In this document: in pieces, positions 38,016 to 52,800 of the stretch
Layout: the number at the start of each line of letters is the position of its first letter
Numbering within the stretch: the first letter of the stretch is position 1
Origin: Tubiluchus corallicola
Taxonomy: Eukaryota > Animalia > Priapulida
Reading direction: 5' to 3'
NCBI GenBank assembly: GCA_030141605.1
Contig: JAQGDQ010000641.1
Location: 20,731-84,730, forward strand
DNA length: 64,000 nucleotides
Position numbers and translations under genes: made by a program
The notes under the pieces: generated by a model
Databases searched by the model: none
What the model was told of the DNA's origin: nothing
What the model saw: the letters and a program-made list of their open reading frames with translations, nothing else

Positions 38016-38799
38016 CAGTAAGTCCTCGCTTAACGACTAACCAGTTTAGTGAAGTTTCGTTTTAATGACGCTGAACATTTGACACCATTTTCCGCTTAAC
38101 GACGCACTCCGCTTAACGACGCACTGTTTCGTTTTAACGACGATTTTTTTACCTTGCTCTACGCAATTTTTATTTTATCAACAACTTTTTTACCTTAAAA
38201 CAGTACATATTGTATTATTATGTTCTAAAAATGATCTAGTAATGTAAACACTGGAATTATTACATAAGAATACAGTCAACCCTCGTTAAACCGGACCCCG
38301 TTAGCCCGGATATTGGATAAGACGGACGTCATCCGTGGTAAAGGAAACTTACCGATTTCCGTCCGAGCCCGAGCACTAAACACAACACGGCCTACCAACT
38401 GTACAATAATTTCTTTATCCTCACGGGTTAACTATTTTAAACTAATGTACAGCATAGTATATAGTGCAATGTATGTAGGCCTTATTAAGGTGATTATTCC
38501 TGTATAATATAGACCATATATAGTCATATCGGATACCACCCCCCCCACCCCCCAATTAGTCCGGTTTAACGAGGGTTGATTGTATAGTTGGTTTTGAGCA
38601 AGTAGAAAGAAATTAATCAGCAGAAACACGAGTAAAACTCATAAAACATTTAATTCACATGATTTAAGCAGCATTGATTTTTGCCTCTGGAACTCATCCC
38701 GATACTTTTGCGTTACTTTCCGTGGAAATCTTTGCTTCGTTTAACAGCGTTTCGTTTTTTGCCAGAACGCAGCAAACGTCATTAAGTGAGAACTTACTG
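38016..38799. mobile_element. Tigger-like non-autonomous element hosting the family D MITE
   Basis: Imperfect TIRs CAGTAAGTCCTCGCTTAACGAC / GTCATTAAGTGAGAACTTACTG. Confidence 0.65.
38273..38582. mobile_element. Family D MITE nested in a Tigger-like element
   Basis: Same TIRs and TA TSD as 3050-3385. Confidence 0.85.
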
Positions 38800-39015
38800 C
38801 ACTCTCGGTAAATGGCAGGTGTGCCGTGTTCGTCGTAATTCTACGCAGAAATTGCGTTTTCTATCAGCACTCCCTGATTTGTCCAGCCCAGAAAATGAAA
38901 ATAAAATAAACATATAGATTTTATCTAAATGCCAATATGTAGTAACAACTGTTACAATCCATTTTTAGCACCATTTTCTCAAGTTCGCCAACATATGTTT
39001 ATTTTTCATCTACAT

Positions 39016-39423
39016 CAGGGGTGTGCAAATTGTCCGACCAGCCGGGCCACATTAAACTTTCCCGCAATTTCTGCAGGCCACAGGCAGTATGATCAAGGAG
39101 CCAAGTACAGTAGGACCTAATAACGATTTTTTTTGCATCCGATTTGCGCACATCATTACTACTGCACTCAAGAAACTACTTTACAAGTTATTAAAATTTA
39201 TATTACAAACAACATATTTCGTCATGTCCGACAGTGACATTAAGTGATAACGGTCTTGAAAGGGTTAATGTCATTCGATCTAGAGGAAAAAACTACCCGC
39301 ACTATCGTTGCGATATTGGCGCAGACTTCAGCTGGATCGCGTGGGCCGCACTTTCATTACGTTGACAAACCTCTTCGCGGGCCACACAAGATCTCTCGGC
39401 GGGCCGCAGTTTGCACACCCCTG
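39016..39423. mobile_element. hAT MITE family A (internally shorter), TSD ATCTACAT
   Basis: TIRs and perfect 8-bp TSD. Confidence 0.88.
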
Positions 39424-39549
39424 ATCTACATTTACAGCAGTTTGGCCACATTTATATGCATTTTCTAATTCCCTGATTTTTTAATTTGAACCCTGCTTAG
39501 CCTTTGAATTACAGGAATAAATTATTACCACATTATTCTAGAAAGCTTC

Positions 39550-39786
39550 ACTGTGACACTTTTAAATTGTGCACAACGCTTAACTGTGCCACTTTTAAAT
39601 TGTGCACAATGCTTAACTGTGCCACTTTTAAATTGTGCACAATGCTTAACTGTGCCACTTTTAAATTGTGCACAATGCTTAACTGTGCCACTTTTAAATT
39701 GTGCACAATGCTTAACTGTGCCACTTTTAAATTGCGCACAACGCTTAACTGTGCCACTTTTAAATTGTGCATTATTGTGCACAACG
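39550..39786. repeat. Minisatellite, 33-bp unit, ~7 copies
   Basis: GCCACTTTTAAATTGTGCACAATGCTTAACTGT. Confidence 0.92.
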
Positions 39787-40048
39787 CCCTGAAATTGAAA
39801 AACATTCAACTTTTTGAAAACTGAAACATTCTTGCCAAGCGAAGTGCATACAGTTTATACGCGAATCAAAAAGTTTCGGAAACGTGTATTTGTGCAGCCG
39901 TGTGTAAAAATTTCAAGCGTTAATGATTACAAGCCTAAAATTACAACCGATACAGTAATGCAGCATGATCTGAAATGTATATGCCTTGTGCACAATGCGA
40001 GTTTAAAGAAACGTTTTAATTTCATTCACATTTGTTTTATATCACTTA

Positions 40049-40507
40049 CAGGGATGAGAATTACAAATTGCAAAAAACTCTGAAACAGGCCGCGGGCAGC
40101 AACAAATAGCAATTTTGTGACCATAGAGAGCCTCTAAATGGACTTAAAATATCAATTACCTTGTTTCAGGCATAATATAAAATACCCAACTATCAAGGAT
40201 ACATGATACCTAATTGTCTCAAAAACACCTAAGTACTGGCAGCTCCTATGCAAAAGTATATAAAAACTGTCTGCAATTGACTCAAATAACTCCGCACAAT
40301 TGATTCTATATTTTTATACATAGAGATATACACATGGTTACACTGATGTACGTGATGTAAACAAAGTGACGGCCTGCCACCTAGCGGTCAGTTTGTGAAA
40401 TAATGTACTGGATCCGTAAAAATTTTCTCAACGAATTTACGCGATTTACAAAAATAGCACTACTGGTCTTCCAAAAACTCGGAATTCGCGGAAAATTCTC
40501 ATCCCTG
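40049..40507. mobile_element. MITE family B (TSD CACTTA), about 150 bp past the DSTYK stop
   Basis: CACTTA|CAGGGATGAGAAT...ATTCTCATCCCTG|CACTTA. Confidence 0.85.
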
Positions 40508-40654
40508 CACTTAACAGTTTAGTTCGGCCACAACATTCTGGTTTCTTATGAATTTGACTTGGTATATCACCACGCTAACAAGAATTAATCAAATTAAGAA
40601 GAGTTATCACACACACACACGCAGCATCCATCTCTAATTACAACGGTTACTTCC

Positions 40655-40827
40655 TCACGACTTTCCAGTTTTTAGTTTGGCGGCAGATCTATAACAATTC
40701 ATGATCTCTGTGAGTTTGGTTTGCACGTCGCCCAGTAGGGGTCTCTTCTGTGGCGTGCCCTCCCAGCAGCGAGACATTAGCGTCCAGCACTCGTCGTCAC
40801 ATTTAGATGGGCGTTCAGGTCTTGTTC
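40655..40827 (-). CDS. DSTYK: DSTYK last coding exon (GTRPERP...KTGKS*)
   Basis: 173 nt, GTTTCAG acceptor, TGA stop. Confidence 0.93.
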
Positions 40828-43800
40828 CTGAAACCAAACATATATAAAGAAGAGTATTCGCCAGTCATACTACAGACATATTCTTGGCATGCCTTTAGCC
40901 ACTGTGGTACTATTTATTGATTGCAGATTACTCCACGTGGCGTTTTATATTAATTAAATTAGCTCTCATTTCTCACAGAGCATTAGATTTTATGCTATTT
41001 AGTATGCAAAATTTTCTTACTGGTAGATAGTGAAAAGTGATTACTACAAGCTAAGTTTTCACACCCCCTGATTTAGTTTCACTTTTATATCGACGCATTG
41101 GTCTCATCCCAAACCGTAATCTTGTTTCGACATGTTGATCTCCTCCTAAACCGTGCTTTTATTTCGGATACAAAGAAATCTGTTGACTTTTCATTTATGA
41201 TTGACAAGTGATCCTGGATCTATTATAAAACAAGAATGCTCGTATTTTGCTCTTGACACCGGGGTACTGTCGAGTTACGGGAACATTATGCCAAAAGCCG
41301 TGAAAAGGAAGAGAGTTTCAAATGACAACTCAATATGTACGTCACAATAGCCAGTTTTTTTTTGTTAAGAAATAATTTTATTCGTTTTGTCCTCTTAGAG
41401 ATTTTCAGCATTGGAGAAAAAAAGACGTTACCTTTTCGGACGACACTCCAAAGGTGGTCTTTACTTGTACATTGTTCAAATAACATGGGCAAGCGAACGT
41501 GTCCAGCGCACAAGTACCAGAAAAGGATCCCGAAAGCGTACACATCCACGCTGCTGTCGTACTTTCCCGTGAAAAGCTCCGGGGCCATGTGAATAGGCGT
41601 GCCCACGATGCTTCCCGACATCATGGCTTCCGGTTTACAAAACCCCAGATCGGTGATCTTGGCTCGATTTTTAGAGTCCAACTGAAACGAGAAAATGTGA
41701 ACTCGGCGAAGCCGCATTAAAGAAGAAACTCTACTTACATAAAACTAAAAAAATCATCTTGAAATTCTTTATGCTGCCTTATTGTACACAGAGCTTGCAT
41801 TAGCAGTAACGCTGTATAAAACTTGAACTCTTTCGATGACCGTTAGGCGAAGCCATTTTGTTGGTAGGTCAATCGAATGGAGTTTACATAACACTGAGTA
41901 CAAATTAAGTCTAATTTTCTTGCAAACAAATTAAGACTAATTTTCTTGCAAACACATTAAGACTAACTTTCTTGCAAAACAAATCAAGTCTAATTTTCTT
42001 GCAAAAAAATTAAGTCTAATTTTCTTGCAAAAGAATTAAGTCTAATTTTCTTGCAAAACAAATTAAGTCTAATTTTTTCGCACTAAGTCTAATTTTCTTG
42101 CAAACAAAATAAGACTAATTTTCTTGCAAAACAAAATAAGACTAATTTTCTTGCAAAACAAATTAAGTCTAATTTTCTTGCAAACAAATTAAATCTAGTT
42201 TTCTTGACCAACCTTCTAGTAACAAAGAAAGCAACTCACTAGGACGTTTTTGAGTTTAATGTCTCGATGCACCAGCCCCTGACTATGCAAGAACCGCAGT
42301 CCGTCTATGACGTCCATCGCGACGGTCAGACGACATAACCAGTCGATACCGGCCTTGATGGCGGAGTACAGATCCCTCTGCATACGATCCATGATGAGCA
42401 GGACGGCCGGAGACGAGCCGTTGCCGTATGAATGATCGATGACAGATCCACGTATTGAGACTATGCGCTCGTGCTCCGGTAAACTCCTGGAAAGTTGCGA
42501 CTTGTTTACAATTACTATGAAATGTTGGTGTTGTTAAATGTACTGAATCCGGAACCGGATCGCAGGATTCGGTAACTTTAATGAATAATTTTTAATCTGC
42601 TTTTCTTGAGTAATGATTGAAAGGGCCACATTAAACTTTCCCACAATTTCCCATGGGCCACAGGCAGTTTGATCAAGGAGCCAAGTACAGAAAGGCCTAA
42701 TAACAATTTTTTTGCATCCGACCTGTGTACATCATTACTACTACACTCAAGAAACTATTTTAGAAGTTATTAAAATTTACATTACAAACCATATATTTTT
42801 ACTTTCAGGACAGATAGTGGTAATTTCATTACAATGCATATTAGTAATGTGTATCACACAGTCTGTGTAGTACAGTGACATTAAACTACAACCGTCTTGT
42901 AAGGGTTAATGGCATCCGATCTAGAAGAAAAAACTACCTGCACTATCTTTGGGATCGTGGCACGGACTTCAGCAGGATACACTCAATTAATCGCTCGGGC
43001 CGCACTTTCATTAGCTTGACAAATCTCTTCACGGGCCGCACAAATTCTCTCGGCGGGTCGCAATTTGCACACCCCTGGTCTAGACAGTCAAATTTTAATC
43101 ATCGTTTTGTTTTCAATTCAATAGATTTATTTTGCAATAAACACATGCATATGCATTACATGTGCATCGATAATCAGTGTTTGGTAATACGAAATTATGA
43201 TACAATTCATGAATTCTGCACTAGAGACCTAAGAAGCTAGCTTATGCTAGTCCATTAGAATTGTTACAATAGGAAAGCAAATGTATTAGTCGCTTGCTGC
43301 TCCACCTGTACGTAAAACTAAGAACTAAAAACCGTTAAAATACCGTGAATAGAAAAATTCAAGAGCTAGGTCATTCCAATGCTTTTCGTCAGGAGGCACC
43401 ACAGATTTCAGAGCGCAACGTTCGTAGTTACCCCACTTGTGACAGGCATAGACCACCCCATACTGACCTCTTCCAATTTCTCTTCCCATGTCAGGCATAC
43501 CTGCAAAAATTACATACCATCAGTCCATTACTACAGATTTAAAGGATAAGAAAAGGGGTATCTGAAGTAGGTTTTAGAAAAATCGCTTTACGAAATTATA
43601 TTACTTTATAGCAATTTTATGCGTATATCGTAGTTGCATCAAAAGAAATTTTTGTTTGTTTTCATTTTAAATCTCCGACAATACTGTTCCTATGTCACCA
43701 TTACATGACGTCACCTACGCACAACGTAAATCAAGGGAAGAAAAGACGATCTTAAATTATGTCCCAAAAACTTTCCATGCAAATCTACATTACTTAGCAC

Positions 43801-46800
43801 TTCGTTAGAAAGACTTATTTAACTAGAAAAGAAAATTTTTAATTATTTAAAATGTTTTCACCAATTGGTAAAATGTCGCTGACTCACCTCCAGGGTGCAC
43901 CACTAACTAACCAAAAACGTATTTTTAATCTTATTGGCAAGATACATTAATTTAAAACTTTACTTAATTAGCAACGTGTGTGCTACGAATGAGCTGATTA
44001 TTTTGTCAAACTTTACTCAATGTTATCTAAACTTGTTTCAAATGACTTATCATCAAAATGGCTGCGCCTAACGATCATCGCGAGAGTTTAAATTTACATG
44101 TTTTATACAGCGTGACTGCCAACGCAAGTCTATGTAAGTGATATAAAATTTCAAGACAAATTTTTCAAGCTTTTTGTAAGTGGAGGGTTTTCTTGTGCTT
44201 TTCAGCTTTTGCAACTACAGTAAACTCTGCATAATTCTGATGTCTCAGGGATCAAAAAATCTGTCAGGGTTCCATGATGAGTCGAGTTAGGTGAAGATGC
44301 AAATTCTTGTTTGCTTGTAGATATTTATTGAAATGAGAAATGGCAGCTAAATTTTGATCTATTTTCTAAATGGTTGCATAAATAGCAATGGTCTCCAGTC
44401 TTGATAGATAGCAAGAGCAGCTTCCCTTTGAAGATAAGAGAATATTTTTAATAAAATGTCCTCTTTTTAATCAACCTACAATACTAATGCTCAGACAGTG
44501 TAGCAAGTGAACAGTGAACCAGACAGTGTAGCTAGTGAACAGTGAACCAGACAATGTAGCAAGTGAACAGTGAACCAGACAGTGAAGCTAGTGAACCGTG
44601 AACCAGACAGTGTAGCAAGTGAACTATGAACCAGACAGTGTAGCAAGTGAACAGTGAACCAGACAGTGTAGCAAGTGAACAGTGAACCAGACAGTGAAGC
44701 TAGTGAACAGTGAACCAGACAGTGTAGCAAGTGAACAGTGAACCAGACAGTGTAGCAAGTGAACAGTGAACCAGACAGTGTAGCTAGTGAACTGTGGACC
44801 AGACACTGTAGCAAGTGAACAGTGAACCAGACAGCGTAGCAAGTGAACAGTGAACCAGACAGTGAAGCTAGTGAACTGTGAACCAGACAGTGTAGCAAGT
44901 GAACAGTGAACCAGACACTGTAGCTAGTGAACTGTGAACCAGACAGTGTAGCAAGTGAACAGTGAACCAGACACTGTAGCTAGTGAACTGTGGACCAGAC
45001 ACTGTAGCAAGTGAACAGTGAACCAGACAGCGTAGCAAGTGAACAGTGAACCAGACAGTGAAGCTAGTGAACAGTGAACCAGACAGTGTAGCAAGTGAAC
45101 AGTGAACCAGACACTGTAGCAAGTGAACAGTGAACCAGACACTGTAGCAAGTGAACAGTGAACCAGACACTGTAGCTAGTGAACTGTGAACCAGACAGCG
45201 TAGCAAGTGAACTGTGAACCAGACAGTGTAGCAAGTGAACAGTGAACCAGACACTGTAGCAAGTGAACAGTGAACCAGACACTGTAGCTAGTGAACTGTG
45301 AACCAGACAGTGTAGCAAGTGAACTGTGAACCAGACAGTGTAGCAAGTGAACAGTGAACCAGACAGTGTAGCAAGTGAACAGTGAACCAGACAGTGTAGC
45401 AAGTGAACAGTGAACCAGACACTGTAGCAAGTGAACAGTGAACCAGACACTGTAGCTAGTGAACTGTGAACCAGACAGTGTAGCAAGTGAACAGTGAACC
45501 AGACACTGTAGCTAGTGAACTGTGGACCAGACACTGTAGCAAGTGAACAGTGAACCAGACAGCGTAGCAAGTGAACAGTGAACCAGACAGTGAAGCTAGT
45601 GAACAGTGAACCAGACAGTGTAGCAAGTGAACAGTGAACCAGACACTGTAGCAAGTGAACAGTGAACCAGACACTGTAGCTAGTGAACTGTGGACCAGAC
45701 ACTGTAGCAAGTGAACAGTGAACCAGACAGTGTAGCTAGTGAACAGTGAACCAGACAGTGTAGCAAGTGAACAGTGAACCAGACACTGTAGCTAGTGAAC
45801 TGTGAACCAGACACTGTAGCTAGTGAACTGTGAACCAGACAGTGTAGCAAGTGAACAGTGAACCAGACACTGTAGCAAGTGAACAGTGAACCAGACACTG
45901 TAGCTAGTGAACTGTGGACCAGACACTGTAGCAAGTGAACAGTGAACCAGACACTGTAGCAAGTGAACTGTGAACCAGACAGTGTAGCAAGTGAACAGTG
46001 AACCAGACACTGTAGCTAGTGAACTGTGGACCAGACACTGTAGCAAGTGAACAGTGAACCAGACACTGTAGCAAGTGAACAGTGAACCAGACACTGTAGC
46101 AAGTGAACTGTGAACCAGACAGTGTAGCAAGTGAACAGTGAACCAGACAGTGTAGCTAGTGAACTGTGAATACTAATAATACAAAATTTACAATAGATTA
46201 TGAACTTTCCGCTGCCTATAACACGTAATAACAAGAAAGAAAACAAATTTAAAAATGTTTGTATTCAACATGCTTCACTACAAAAAAATTTAAACAGGCC
46301 AACAAGCTAAGAATCACTTACCATAAAGAATCATATCTTTAATACTGGTGCTCTCTAAAGCGAGTCGAGCCAGTTGGGGTGCAAATCCCTTTCTCACCTT
46401 TAGCCGGGCTGCTTCCGTCTTTTCCAACCTAAACATTAGCCACAAGTAGGGACCAATTCACGTGTGGAATGCATATATAATCATGTAAACAGGTACACGC
46501 ATCTCAAAATAATATTCTGAATAAGCTTATCATTTACTTGCAAGTGCTATATTTACTGTAAATAGGAAAAAAAGACGTGAAATGAATAAGCATTTTCACA
46601 GCTTCATTGAGCGCACGTACATAGTTGGTGTACGTTACATAGGTAATTCATAATAAAAAGGGTTAGCAGTCAAGATTATTCACACCACTAGTAATAGAAA
46701 CAACAAGACGATAGTAAAAAGAATTAATAGGTCTAGTATTTCTGATAAAATATATGAGCAGTACAATTTCTTTCATATTAACACGTTACAATGTAATTTA

Positions 46801-49800
46801 GAATTGATTGCAGCTGTGCTGTGTTTAAAAAAATAAAATCATTACATTCGAAGCATATGACACAGTCTCTAGGCATATTAAAAATTACCTGCTGGTTTTC
46901 TATCAAAGCCTTTTTCCTCACTGATCTCCTTGCCTAAATATCTTACCCATTTTCTAACCGATAACTACTACAGTTCAACGTGAAACATATACGTCGTAAA
47001 TTAAAACCAATTATGATATTAGTAACAGATTGCCGACCACAGAAAAATTTGTTTCTATCTTACCTCATGAGCTCAAAAGATGTCAGTAGGGAGGGAGAAA
47101 ATTTTTTTGTGAATGTTTAAAGTTGAATCGTGGAATATTTAAAATCAGTCGAAATCAAAGTTCGTTTATTTCTCACTGGTTAGCAGTTTCACCTTGTAGT
47201 TACGGTCGCATAAATGCAAAAAGATATGTGATTGATACGTATATATATATAAAGTGTTTGCTAGTATATATATAGTTATAAAGGTAGTGGATATATTTGG
47301 TATTAATCTTAATCACCAACATATTCAGTCTTGGAAAGTACCTACAATGCATTGCAAAATTATTTTACTTTACTATGCAGGTGACTGTGAATTTAAATTA
47401 GTTTAAATTGGATGTTTTATTAATCCTGCCAGTGCGATTAGCTTTTTACTCTCCAATAAACTGCAGTAAAGCACGAAGTTGAAATTTTGATACTAATTCA
47501 AGTTAAATTATCCTCGTATTTTTGCGATGTTTGAACATTCTTTTATTAAAACTTGTTAAGAACAAGTCAGATATTCAATCATTGCATCAGCCTTCTGAAA
47601 TCGTCTATTTTTGACTAGGGTTCGTTGGTTGCTGACGAGTCGTTAATAGAAGTGCTAGCAAACGCAATGCAAACAGCAAGGGAAGTGAATGATACGTATC
47701 TTTTCGTTAAATGGGACGGAAATTTCCCCGAAGCCCGATTCGTATTCTCAATTTTTTGTATAGCAGGGTTTTCGTAAGTCGAGGTTCCACTTTACCTCCC
47801 ATGAAATAACTCAACTACTACCACTGTAACATACCTTCCAGGAAATAACTCAACTACTACCACTGTAACATACCTTCCAGGAAATAACTCAACTACTACC
47901 ACTGTAACATACCTTCCAGGAAATAACTAAACTACTACCACTGTTACATACCTTCCAGGAAATAACTCAACTACTACCACTGTAACATACCTTCCAGGAA
48001 ATAACTCAACTACTACCACTGTAACATACCTTCCAGGAAATAACTCAACTACTACCACTGTAACATACCTTCCAGGAAATAACTCAACTACTAATACTGT
48101 AACATACCTTCCAGGAAATAACTCACCTACTAGCACTGTAACATACCTTCCAGGAAATAACTCAACTACTACCACTGTAACATACCTTCCAGGAAATAAC
48201 TCAACTACTACCACTGTAACATACCTTCCAGGAAATAACTCAACTACTACCACTGTAACATACCTTCCAGGAAATAACTCAACTACTACCACTGTAACAT
48301 ACCTTCCAGGAAATAACTCAACTACTACCACTGTAACATACCTTCCAGGAAATAACTCAACTACTACCACTGTAACATACCTGCCAGAATGTCGCATTTC
48401 TAACTGTCGCAACGACGACGAGAAGTTGTCATGGGAATTTTTTAAGCGCTCCTTAAACTGAGTGCAAATGCTCTTGCCTAGCCGTGATTCGCTGAGTTTA
48501 CTGATGATGTCACTAGCCACCGTCTCTTTCCACTGGCTGTCGATTTTAGGGGGCGTGGTCCAAGGCATGGAGTGCATCAACTGTAGTTTTAAATTACCAA
48601 ATTTAGCGGTTAGGTTTTTGCTAATTTATGGAAAAATCATCCTGCTTTCTGAAATAATTAGATACCAAATTTGAAATAATTATGTAAGCTATTAGGCTAG
48701 CAAAAATGTACTTCAATTTTTACCTGTTTTATTCGTTCCAGTAAAATCTGTATAAAAGAATTGGTATTTTTCACTGTGACTTCAACTTGATATGCTGCAT
48801 TGAGAATCTGAAAAATGTAAATAGCATTGTTTACGTCAATCAATTACCGTATTTTCCCATGTATAAGAGACCCCTTCAATTTTTAGGCAAAAATTCTGGA
48901 AAAAAGTTTTTTGGTAATGAATAACTTTATTCATCATAGAAATCATTAAATTCCTCATCACTCTCATCAAAAATATCAACTGGAGTCAGACCTTCAGCAA
49001 TTCCAGCCAGTTCATCATCAGAGGAGTCACTGTGCTCAAAAATGGCATTGTCCTCTGTGCCGTCCATGGCATTGGAGATGCCACACTTCTTGAAAGATTT
49101 AATAATGACCTCTGGCTTTACACCATTCCATTCTGGACTTACTCCCATGTATAAGAGACCCCCTATTTTTAAAGTGAAAATTCTTAGCAAAAAAGGGTCT
49201 CTTATACATGGGAAAATACGGTAAGTCATAAATCATTTATTTCGTGGCACGGACTTCAGCTGGATACACTCAATTATTCGCCCGGGCTGCACTTTCATTA
49301 GGTTGACAAATCTCTTCGCACAAATTCTCTCGGCGGGCAGCTAGTAGCCCACGGGCCGCAATTTGCACACCCCTGTACTAAGCAGACATAATGAAACTAA
49401 TCAGCATCCCCTAGCTAGGACGTTCTACCTGTTGAAGAGCACCACTTGCTGTTGGAGATTCTTCTAAATCATTCTCACCTCCCTCCAAGCTTGATAAGCA
49501 CCTCGTCAATGTACCTTGAGAAACAAAATACAAGTGATATTACTTAGAATCAAACCAGAATCATTAATATTGTTGCAGAGGCAGCCAAGAGGTTCAGGGT
49601 TCAAATCTGGATCAAACCATGTTGCGGATGAGAAAATAGAAGTGAAATATAAAAAAAATCAAACGGAAAATTAAGACGAATCTCTTCCTGCCTTCCTCAT
49701 GCTGACCATGACTACAGAACAGGTGCTTAAAGTGATAAACCCACCTGTCCGACTGAACAGGTATTACTACGCATTTATACCTGGTATTCAATGTCACTAT

Positions 49801-52800
49801 GCAATGACTTCATAGTGAATCGAACCATCACAATATACAGTCAACACTCATTAAACCGGGCTAATTGGGGGGGGGGGGTCCGGTTTAGCCGATTGTCCAA
49901 TTTATCCGATATGCCTATATATGGTCTATATTATACAGGAATAATCACCGTAATAAGGCCTACATACATTGCACTATATTATATACTGTATATTACTTTA
50001 AAATAGTTAACCTGTGAGGATAAAGAAATTATTGTACAGTTGGTAGGCCGTGTTGTGTTTAGCGCTCCGGCTCGGACGGAAATCGGTCAGTTTCCTTTAC
50101 CACAGATGACGTCCATCTTATCCGATATCCGGGCTAACGGGGTCCGGTTTAACGAGGGTCGACTGTAGCGAGGGGTGGAAAATAAATGGCATTTCGCCCC
50201 CACGTAACAATGCTTTGAATATTTGAATAGTTCTCTGGATTGCACTGTTGCTTTTTCCAGTAATTATCATTCAGTCTAAGATTATGTAAAAGTTATAAAA
50301 TGAGGCCAAATGTTGAATTTGAACTGCATAAAAATCTATTGGTTATTTAACGTGTGCATTGTTTCAACGTCACAATGATTAAAACAAGATGCCTAGATTT
50401 GCAAAAATCTCTATGTAAATATTAACACTATGAGGCCAAATGCTGAATTTGAATGACGTGAAAATATAATCAAGACATGCCTATATGATGTTCTGATGTC
50501 TATATGTGCTGTTGACTTGCTCGGTTTAATGAATTTTAATATTTTAAGGTAGCAAAACATAGAATCTATCTACTTTTTTATGTTTCCTCAATAAGGTAAA
50601 TAGTTGAATGCAGTATGAAAGTTAAAACCGTCCAGAAGTAGACCGGTAGTAAACACGGCGGTCAGTCATCCATTTACTGTCAAAACTAGGGGCTGTTTAA
50701 CTGCGGTCGCCGAGTACTTTTCATTGCCAATCCGCTAATATCTTGGCATAAATATACGGAAGCATACATATTAGTTACCCGAACCAGCAAAAGAGGTTTA
50801 GCACAGTAGGGGGTGCACATTCCATTGATTCTTAGCATTACGTGTTTCAAACACTTAATTTCGCATATTTGTGTCGGGGAGAAAACTCAATGGAAAGGTA
50901 TATTGATTATTCACTGAAGCAGCAACGTAAAATTGATTTATACAATGGCTGGTAAGCCAGCAAATGTTACAAATGTGCACCTGATTTGATAGTAAATCAA
51001 TGAATGAATGAATACAAGAAATAAATTAAGCTTAGAGGAAAGACCAAACGATTGTTTAGACTCAATCTCATTTTAATTTGCTGTCCAAAATATAGATTTT
51101 CTTACTTATAAAGTTAGGAATTGTTCCTTATATTTGAATAACTAGCTTAGAAAGTTAATTAACGGCAGCAGAACACAGCTAGTGCTTACGTCACAAACTA
51201 ACCACAGTTTGTGCAATGGCAGGCATGTTCCCTTGTGCATCAAGCACGTTTGCATAAGTGTTACTGTCTAAACGCATGATGTCACAAAAATGGGCTCTAC
51301 ATCATATGATGACATGAAACTAACACTGCAGTTCATGATCATGGTTATCACGGTACCACCTTCTATTTATCGGCCACGCGAATGTGACAAAAAGGCGCCG
51401 TTGCCAATCTTAGTAGATTCACTGAGCCGTGCATAGCTTTGAAAGTTTAACATAATTTTAATATCCGAGGTAATTATTATTTAATCTAAGCTTTGATATA
51501 AAATACGCTATTGTAGTTTTCAACATTTTGAGCATTCTTTATTCTAGACTCGTGTTTACACAATCATCCGGTTTTCCTTTAAGAACACAAACATTAACAA
51601 AGGATTTTCTAATAGCAATGAAAAAAGTGACATCTAGTCACCCATCTAGTCACCTACCCGTATAATTCTCTCTCATAGCATTTACATAGTTGCAACGAAA
51701 CAAGTCACATCTAGTCACCTATCTAGTCACCTACCCGTATAATTCTCTCTCATAGCATTTACATAGTTGCAACGAAACAAGTCACATCTAGTCACCTATC
51801 TAGTCACCTACCCGTATAATTCTCTCTCATAGCATTTACATAGTTGCAACGAAACAAGTGACAACTAGTCACCTATCTAGTCACCTACCCGTAAAACTCT
51901 CTCTCACAGCATTTACATAGCTGCAACAAAACAAGTGACATCTAGTCACCTATCTAGTCACCTACCCGTAAAACTCTCTCTCATAGCATTTACATAGCTG
52001 CAACGAAACAAGTGACATCTAGTCACCTATCTAGTCACCTACCCGTAAAACTCTCTCTCACAGCATTTACATAGCTGCAACAAAACAAGTGACATCTAGT
52101 CACCTATCTAGTCACCTACCCGTAAAACTCTCTCTCATAGCATTTACATAGCTGCAACGAAACAAGTGACATCTAGTCACCTATCTAGTCACCTACCCGT
52201 ATAACTCTCTCTCACAGCATTTACATAGTTGCAACGAAACAAGTGACATCTAGTCACCTATCTAGTCACCTACCCGTATAACTCTCTCTCATAGCATTTA
52301 CATAGTTGCAACGAAACAAGTGACATCTAGTCACCTATCTAGTCACCTACCCGTATAACTCTCTCTCACAGCATTTACATAGTTGCAACGAAACAAGTGA
52401 CATCTAGTCACCCATCTAGTCACCTACCCGTAAAACTCTCTCTCACAGCATTTACATAGTTGCAACGAAACAAGTGACATCTAGTCACCCATCTAGTCAC
52501 CTACCCGTATAACTCTCTCTCAGATATTCCACTGATCCCGTGATCTGACCAGCAATTGCTTGATTAAGACGTTGCAGGATCAAATCTTGTATTTCACACG
52601 TGCAGATCTGAAGCTCCCGCAGAGTCTCGATTTCACCGTTCTCTGCAACGGCGACACCTGCGGGAGAAAAAATACAACTAAGGGACAGACAAATGAAGAA
52701 ACATACGAGCAGGTAGGCAGGTAGAGGTGTAAATAACTGAGGAGTCACGTGCTTCGTGATTAAAAAGGTTCAGTACTTGTTTCACACACCATATTGATTT

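Noticed and set aside
44491-46246. Long minus-strand ORFs
   Set aside because: Translations of the 28-bp array within a DSTYK intron.
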